Shown one piece after another: positions 48,400-52,772 of a DNA stretch of 52,772 nucleotides. Origin of the DNA: a virus (lineage: Duplodnaviria; Caudoviricetes); IMG/VR virus record IMGVR_UViG_3300020470_000014, positions 1 through 52,772 of that record, one strand, 5' to 3'. Under the pieces are notes generated by a model. That model saw only the letters and a program-made list of their open reading frames with translations. It was not told where the DNA came from and ran no database searches. How positions within the stretch are numbered: position 1 is the first letter of the stretch; every line of letters begins with the position of its first letter. Position numbers and translations under genes: made by a program.

Positions 48400-48433
48400 A
48401 ATAGTTCTTGACTAATAAGAATTTCATGTAATT

Positions 48434-48676
48434 CTATTTGTGTGCCATGTGTTCGGCATCCTCTTTGATGTAATCTCTGACTGAATGAGCAAGTGACTCT
48501 ATCTCTTGATATATTTGTGTGGGTGTGTGATACTCGTATGGTTCATAAGCATTTTCACTTAGAAAATCGTCAAGTTGCTCATCATCCCATGTATCGAAGT
48601 CAGGGGGCAATGTCTCACATAAAATGTGACTTGATGCAAAAATGAAATCTTGCTTTTTGTATGTGATGTATTCCAT
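48434..48676 (-). CDS. Hypothetical acidic protein (80 aa)
   Basis: ORF track. Confidence 0.75.
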   Translation of the reverse strand: MEYITYKKQDFIFASSHILCETLPPDFDTWDDEQLDDFLSENAYEPYEYHTPTQIYQEIESLAHSVRDYIKEDAEHMAHK

Positions 48677-48678
48677 GA

Positions 48679-48948
48679 TTAAATCCTCTGTAGATTATAG
48701 TTCATAATCTCTTCATTATCATAATCTGAATTGCCTGATCTATATTTCTCAGGGTCTTTAAGAATGTAATCCCACGCTACTTCCATCAAGTCCTGATTTT
48801 CCCATTGGGTTATATCGGACTCTTCTTCATCGAAATCCATTTCTTTACAATAATCTTCCCAAATATCATCAAATGATATTTCAAAATTTTGGTAATAGTC
48901 AGTTCTTGTTGTGAACTGCATAACATACTGTTGTTTAACTTGTGGCAT
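48679..48948 (-). CDS. Hypothetical highly acidic protein (89 aa)
   Basis: ORF track; GGAGG RBS. Confidence 0.75.
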   Translation of the reverse strand: MPQVKQQYVMQFTTRTDYYQNFEISFDDIWEDYCKEMDFDEEESDITQWENQDLMEVAWDYILKDPEKYRSGNSDYDNEEIMNYNLQRI

Positions 48949-49121
48949 TAGTCCTCCTTTGGATAGTGGTTAGTAATCATGTCTTCAACTTGATTAAGTT
49001 GATCTTTTGTCATTATTTCAATCATAAAATCAATTAGGTCATAGGGTGTTCCGTTGTCGCCCTCTTCAATAATTGATGCTATTTCTGAAAAGATTGTTGT
49101 TTTTTGGTCTTTGTATTTCAT
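48948..49121 (-). CDS. Small hypothetical protein (57 aa)
   Basis: Hand-translated MKYKDQKTTIFSEIASIIEEG...; coupled at both ends. Confidence 0.7.
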   Translation of the reverse strand: MKYKDQKTTIFSEIASIIEEGDNGTPYDLIDFMIEIMTKDQLNQVEDMITNHYPKED

Positions 49122-49306
49122 TCTGAAAATTCCTCTATCATTGCATCTATTTCAGCAGCACATTCGCCACATCGCCAACCATGTACTTCATCGCCATAGT
49201 AGGCATAACGATTAACAAATCTACCTGAACCTATGCGGCAAGATTTACCACAGTCAACACATATTTCTTTGTCAAATATGTTATCGGGTGTAATTACTAC
49301 TTCCAT
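49118..49306 (-). CDS. Small zinc-ribbon-like protein (62 aa)
   Basis: CVDC...GSGRFVNRY...CGEC (two CxxC pairs). Confidence 0.7.
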   Translation of the reverse strand: MEVVITPDNIFDKEICVDCGKSCRIGSGRFVNRYAYYGDEVHGWRCGECAAEIDAMIEEFSE

Positions 49307-49440
49307 AACACCTCTGGGTTCCAGTCGGATTGCTGTTTCTTGTATAAGTCCTCAACAGAGCAACCTTTACGTCTTGCAACTTGTCTTGCAATCATTGCTT
49401 CCCATCTTAGGAAAGACTCATAACGTTGTTTGTTAGTCAT
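49297..49440 (-). CDS. Small hypothetical protein (47 aa)
   Basis: Hand-translated MTNKQRYESFLRWEAMIARQVARRKG...; follows element 12. Confidence 0.65.
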   Translation of the reverse strand: MTNKQRYESFLRWEAMIARQVARRKGCSVEDLYKKQQSDWNPEVLWK

Positions 49441-49462
49441 AGATGTCTTTGTTGTTATATTA

Positions 49463-49520
49463 AGTATAACTCAAGGGCAACACAGTTAGTGTAATGATGT
49501 GACACTAAGTGTATTGTCAC
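49463..49520 (-). promoter_or_regulatory. Early promoter element 12
   Basis: gtgac-N12-gtcac 49499-49520, 30 nt, TATACT. Confidence 0.8.
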
Positions 49521-49521
49521 A

Positions 49522-49779
49522 CTACCACATATCATCAGGTTTCTTTGCCTGATTTCTAATCATTTTATCGTACTCTTTTTCTGATCTAGTTTGAAGTCTA
49601 GAAGCAATGTTTTTCAATTCAGCAAGTTTATCTTCTATTTCAGGATATTCAAATTCATTTCCAGTCTCATTGATCTCATCACATTTCCATTCAAGATAGT
49701 AAATGACATCATGTAGTTCATGCCATGTAAAAGGCACTTTAATTGATTTGTTTTGAGTGTGGCGGTGGTCTCTCATCAT
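49522..49779 (-). CDS. Hypothetical protein
   Basis: ORF track 49522-49812; likely start MMRDHRH at 49779 (ATGA-coupled). Confidence 0.7.
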   Translation of the reverse strand: MMRDHRHTQNKSIKVPFTWHELHDVIYYLEWKCDEINETGNEFEYPEIEDKLAELKNIASRLQTRSEKEYDKMIRNQAKKPDDMW

Positions 49780-49937
49780 TGTTGAAAATCCTCTGATAAT
49801 AGTGTACCCCATTGAGTGTAGATGTATGGGAATTGCTGTGACAGTTTGAGATTCTGCATATACATTTCTTGTGTATATTCCTCGTCAGTCTCATTATAAA
49901 ACTGCCATTTAAGTTCTGCTTCTTTTCTTGAGATCAT
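49776..49937 (-). CDS. Small hypothetical protein (53 aa)
   Basis: Hand-translated MISRKEAELKWQFYNETDEEY...; coupled at both ends; runs through degenerate element 13. Confidence 0.55.
   Translation of the reverse strand: MISRKEAELKWQFYNETDEEYTQEMYMQNLKLSQQFPYIYTQWGTLLSEDFQQ
49801..49859 (-). promoter_or_regulatory. Degenerate early promoter element 13
   Basis: gtgacagttt half-site at 49838, 31 nt from TACACT. Confidence 0.45.
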
Positions 49938-50134
49938 TACATGTATGCGGTTAATGAATGTAGTAAATTTGTTTGATACTCAATGTGTGTTATCTTTGCT
50001 CCAGTCTTATGTTCAATCTTAGAGCGTAGATCATTACCATTCTTTGCTGTCCATATCCCAATATATTCAGAGATCATGTCATGCTCTTTGTCTAGTTCAA
50101 GTTCAGTAACTAGGTAAAATGTTTCTTTCTTCAT
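49937..50134 (-). CDS. Hypothetical protein (65 aa), probable paralog of 51013-51219
   Basis: F.VTE.E.D...G.W.A....DL...I....G..I..I.Y pattern shared. Confidence 0.7.
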   Translation of the reverse strand: MKKETFYLVTELELDKEHDMISEYIGIWTAKNGNDLRSKIEHKTGAKITHIEYQTNLLHSLTAYM

Positions 50135-50400
50135 TTTATCCTCACACCTCTATAGTCCCACTTCTTTTGAAGTTGAACTGCTTCCTGATTGCCATCATAG
50201 CATTCTTGTAGTATATCTCTAGTCTTAAGATGCAATGATTTAATCACATCTTTGCCATAGTATTCATGCTCAATAACATCATGTCCTGTGCATTGTCCGC
50301 CCCATTCTGTGACATCGCTATCAAGTCTGTTGTATAGTCCCTTAGTAATATAATTTAAGAGACCAAATTCTCGGCGAGAGAGTGTGATCGTATGAGTCAT
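50131..50400 (-). CDS. Hypothetical protein (89 aa)
   Basis: ORF track. Confidence 0.7.
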   Translation of the reverse strand: MTHTITLSRREFGLLNYITKGLYNRLDSDVTEWGGQCTGHDVIEHEYYGKDVIKSLHLKTRDILQECYDGNQEAVQLQKKWDYRGVRIK

Positions 50401-50500
50401 TTAATTGGTAATGAATTAGTGTGTGGAAGAGGTTCGACTTAAAGAGATTTTCCACGGTGTGTTGACCGAATTGGTTCTCACCCTTGCCTTCCACATTTAT

Positions 50501-50558
50501 AATATACCAATAAAAAAGACCCCTGTGGGGTCTTAGTAGACGGTTATTTAATTGTCAC
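50501..50558 (-). promoter_or_regulatory. Early promoter element 14
   Basis: Palindrome 50537-50558, 30 nt, TATATT; terminator hairpin in the spacer. Confidence 0.7.
50512..50534 (-). terminator. Rho-independent terminator embedded in element 14
   Basis: Minus strand AAGACCCC-ACA-GGGGTC followed by TTTTTT. Confidence 0.75.
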
Positions 50559-50560
50559 AC

Positions 50561-50728
50561 TCAAAATATATTTGTCCATCGAGTATGATTTACTTTAGAA
50601 AGTCTACCCTCTTTAAGCATATTATCACACACCCTACAAAATACCTCAAACTTCTGTTCTCTTGTAAGAGTATCTGCCCCATCACATTTTTTCATGATCT
50701 TGAGCATGTATGCTTTGGAAGTAATCAT
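50561..50728 (-). CDS. Small early protein ending WTNIF (55 aa), probable paralog of 46383-46580
   Basis: Hand-translated MITSKAYMLKIMKKCDGADTLTREQKFEVFCRVCDNMLKEGRLSKVNHTRWTNIF. Confidence 0.75.
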   Translation of the reverse strand: MITSKAYMLKIMKKCDGADTLTREQKFEVFCRVCDNMLKEGRLSKVNHTRWTNIF

Positions 50729-50732
50729 TTGA

Positions 50733-50891
50733 TTAAGAGATAATTTTCCTCAGGTTTTGAACATCCCACTCAGGATAATTGAAGCGTACCCAGTTAATAC
50801 AGTCAAGGGCATTTGCCTTGTCTAATACTGTGATAAACTTATACAAGTGATCTTCAGTTTTACTTTGTAGGATTAATTTGTAGTCCATCAT
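50733..50891 (-). CDS. Small hypothetical protein (52 aa)
   Basis: Hand-translated MMDYKLILQSKTEDHLYKF...; ATGA-coupled. Confidence 0.6.
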   Translation of the reverse strand: MMDYKLILQSKTEDHLYKFITVLDKANALDCINWVRFNYPEWDVQNLRKIIS

Positions 50892-51016
50892 TTGCGTAGA
50901 GGAGAATTGTAATAACGGCGAAAGGCAGTAAAAAGAATAATGGCAGTGCTAATGACACCGACCATACCGAGAACAGTAATGCCATCGCCTGCGAAAGAAT
51001 AAGTGTCGATCGTCAT
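50888..51016 (-). CDS. Single-pass membrane microprotein (42 aa)
   Basis: Hand-translated MTIDTYSFAGDGITVLGMVGVISTAIILFTAFRRYYNSPLRK; ATGA-coupled. Confidence 0.75.
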   Translation of the reverse strand: MTIDTYSFAGDGITVLGMVGVISTAIILFTAFRRYYNSPLRK

Positions 51017-51219
51017 TTTAGTTGAATGTCGTAGTCAATAGATTTAATGCACCAACCTGATGCTGCTGTGATTTCTTCAATTAAATCATCTTCACTATCT
51101 GCATCCCAGACACCAAGTGTTAGGTCACGAAGTGAAATCTCTTCATCAAATGTGAGTTCGAATCCGTTGGCATAATCGTCATCAAAATCAAACTCAACTT
51201 CGGTTACGTTGAATTTCAT
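51013..51219 (-). CDS. Conserved acidic hypothetical protein (68 aa)
   Basis: MKFNVTEVEFDFDD...GVWDADSEDDLIEEIT..SGWCIKSIDY motif. Confidence 0.8.
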   Translation of the reverse strand: MKFNVTEVEFDFDDDYANGFELTFDEEISLRDLTLGVWDADSEDDLIEEITAASGWCIKSIDYDIQLK

Positions 51220-51221
51220 AG

Positions 51222-51299
51222 TTAATGTGGATTAAATTTGTATAGGTAGTAAATTGCAACTATGAGTACAATTAAAACTACTGAAAGAAATGTTAGCAT
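51222..51299 (-). CDS. Membrane micropeptide (25 aa)
   Basis: Hand-translated MLTFLSVVLIVLIVAIYYLYKFNPH; exactly fills the intergenic gap. Confidence 0.6.
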   Translation of the reverse strand: MLTFLSVVLIVLIVAIYYLYKFNPH

Positions 51300-51303
51300 A
51301 GAA

Positions 51304-51474
51304 TTATTTTAGTTCAATAAGTCCCTGTGAGGCAAGGGCATGAAGGGTTCGACCATAATGACCCTGCAACCATTTCCAGGCGCCAGTGTCATAAATGTTC
51401 TGAAACAGTTGGAGAAACTCTTCCTCTGTAATGTTATCTGATTCATACTTGAGAAGCAGATCGGTGTTAGGCAT
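51304..51474 (-). CDS. Small hypothetical protein (FQ...DTG..W.LQGHYGRT family, 56 aa)
   Basis: Start MPNTDLL at 51474 with AGGAG RBS after element 15. Confidence 0.75.
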   Translation of the reverse strand: MPNTDLLLKYESDNITEEEFLQLFQNIYDTGAWKWLQGHYGRTLHALASQGLIELK

Positions 51475-51501
51475 CGTTACTCCTGTTTGTTTGACTCTTA
51501 T

Positions 51502-51559
51502 AGTATCACACAGATTTGACCAATTCGGCGGGTTTAGTGGACACTTCGGGAACTGGCAC
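51502..51559 (-). promoter_or_regulatory. Early promoter element 15
   Basis: Palindrome 51538-51559, 30 nt, GATACT. Confidence 0.65.
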
Positions 51560-51805
51560 AACATGATGTGGATTGTCACGTTTTGTGATATACTCCAACT
51601 CATGATAAGTTGATGTATAACAAAGCAATAGGCAATGTGTCATACAATGCTTATCATTTTTCGAATACTCACAATTAGGTTTAGGTTTAACTCCTATCTC
51701 AATAGTAATATAATCATCGCATTTAAAATACACCCATCCTTTATGAACCAGTCCCATTTCAGTTGTCCAAATGACATAATCATTGACCTTGGGTTCATAA
51801 GGCAT
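51506..51805 (-). CDS. Conserved cyanophage hypothetical protein (YEPKVNDYVIW...GWVYFKC..YITIE)
   Basis: ORF track; starts right after the DUF6267-like stop. Confidence 0.75.
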   Translation of the reverse strand: MPYEPKVNDYVIWTTEMGLVHKGWVYFKCDDYITIEIGVKPKPNCEYSKNDKHCMTHCLLLCYTSTYHELEYITKRDNPHHVVPVPEVSTKPAELVKSV

Positions 51806-52735
51806 TTACTTACTCCAGTTTTTAACGGCGTTGAAATTATTATAGGAGAAAATCTCCCTTTTTACCAATTTATATGTTCCAAATGTGTTGGTCATAACAT
51901 ACCCCTCATGTTCACAGGGTTTATCGCCAATGTAACAGTCAACATCTTCATAATCTGTAACTCCATCCATGAGCAACTCTTTGATTTCGATGATAAGTTT
52001 ATAGAGGTGAAAGAGATTAACGTCTAATCCTGTTTCTTGTGCCAACTGGGATGGCACTAGGTCTTTACCCGAACGAATATATGAATTAATCACTTGTTTA
52101 ACATAAGCACCGATCTTTTCATCAGTAAATGAAGTGAATCGAATCAATACTCTTGCCATACCAATAAGCAAACCGATCTTATTCTTTCTAGTCTTGATCT
52201 TTGCCTTAGTATCAAGGAATCGAACAGTATCCGATTGCATAACATTGTCATCCTCATCGAATGACATAAACTTGGCATTCATAGTTTTCATGCTGTTACC
52301 AAAATACTCAGTATGTGCAGCAAATACTATATCTTGAGTAGGAGCAAACAAAAACTTATATGTTATGGTGTTTGGTGTGTACTCATCATAACCACCATAA
52401 CCAATAAAATCACCCTGAAAAACACCGTCTTTATGCGGTAGTTTATCAAGACACATGTGAAGTATGGAAGCAACAGCAGGTGTAGCACCGTGATTGTCTT
52501 CTATATCTCTGTGAGTATAATTGATCTTTACCTTAACTTTATTGAATACACTCTTAGTCCCAACAAAAAACCTACCACATTCAGGGTTAATACCCCATAC
52601 AATAGCAGGTGCTCCATCATATTTTACTGTTAGACTACTATTTTTATCAGCAAACCACTTAAGAACGTTGATAGCACCAGTTCTACCCTGATTTAGTATA
52701 GAATCCTCGGGGTGCTCAAGATGGGTGTTTTTCAT
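51806..52735 (-). CDS. DUF6267-like protein with ATP-dependent ligase/nucleotidyltransferase motifs
   Basis: MKNTHLEHPED N-terminus; TVKYDGAPA, FFVGTKS, FQGDF, HEGYV and YKLVKR motifs. Confidence 0.75.
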   Translation of the reverse strand: MKNTHLEHPEDSILNQGRTGAINVLKWFADKNSSLTVKYDGAPAIVWGINPECGRFFVGTKSVFNKVKVKINYTHRDIEDNHGATPAVASILHMCLDKLPHKDGVFQGDFIGYGGYDEYTPNTITYKFLFAPTQDIVFAAHTEYFGNSMKTMNAKFMSFDEDDNVMQSDTVRFLDTKAKIKTRKNKIGLLIGMARVLIRFTSFTDEKIGAYVKQVINSYIRSGKDLVPSQLAQETGLDVNLFHLYKLIIEIKELLMDGVTDYEDVDCYIGDKPCEHEGYVMTNTFGTYKLVKREIFSYNNFNAVKNWSK

Positions 52736-52741
52736 AGTTAT

Positions 52742-52770
52742 ATAATAAACTATGAAAACCCACAAATCAA
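52742..52770 (-). promoter_or_regulatory. Sigma70 promoter TTGATT-17-TATTAT giving a leaderless mRNA
   Basis: ATG at 52735 lies 6 nt after the -10. Confidence 0.65.
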
Positions 52771-52772
52771 GC

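Noticed and set aside
41604-51559. CRISPR-array interpretation of the repeated palindrome
   Set aside because: The repeats are degenerate, separated by 200-1500 nt of coding sequence and tied to -10 boxes; no cas genes are present.
41640-51559. Assignment of the palindrome to NtcA, CRP or Pho boxes
   Set aside because: Half-site sequence and spacing (GTGAC-N12-GTCAC) do not match GTA-N8-TAC, TGTGA-N6-TCACA or direct-repeat Pho boxes.
38042-52772. tRNA genes in intergenic gaps
   Set aside because: No cloverleaf with a proper T-arm and acceptor stem was found by eye. The ggttcgac at about 50431 lacks tRNA context. tRNAscan-SE would be decisive.

Overview
This is a segment of a large T4-like marine cyanomyovirus genome; gene order and the GIGT/GIST-rich virion proteins resemble P-SSM2/S-SSM7-type phages, judged from recall rather than a search. 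Nearly all real genes are on the minus strand. Bases 1-38024 are the late virion module: gp25, gp6, a gp7-like baseplate wedge initiator apparently split into 3059-aa and 2492-aa ORFs with a 339-aa gp9/fibre-like gene between them, gp8, a 2503-aa VrlC/DUF4815-like protein and several fibre or accessory proteins. T4 late promoters (TATAAATA and variants) punctuate it. Bases 38042-40799 hold small late genes, a PRTase-like ORF and a GT-A glycosyltransferase. Bases 40800-52772 are an early/hypervariable region of more than 40 small ORFs, many missed by the supplied ORF track. These are arranged in cassette-like units behind about 15 copies of one element: an imperfect GTG(A/C)C-N12-G(T/G)CAC palindrome 29-31 nt upstream of a -10 hexamer, often with an outward-facing TTG(A/C)C 8 nt away on the other side and the previous gene's stop codon inside or beside it. 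The most interesting observations are (1) this promoter/palindrome cassette array, (2) a nested out-and-back repeat architecture in the 2492-aa protein, (3) the split gp7 with an inserted fibre gene, (4) ligase-type nucleotidyltransferase motifs in the DUF6267-like protein, and (5) several candidate structured RNAs or origin-like elements.
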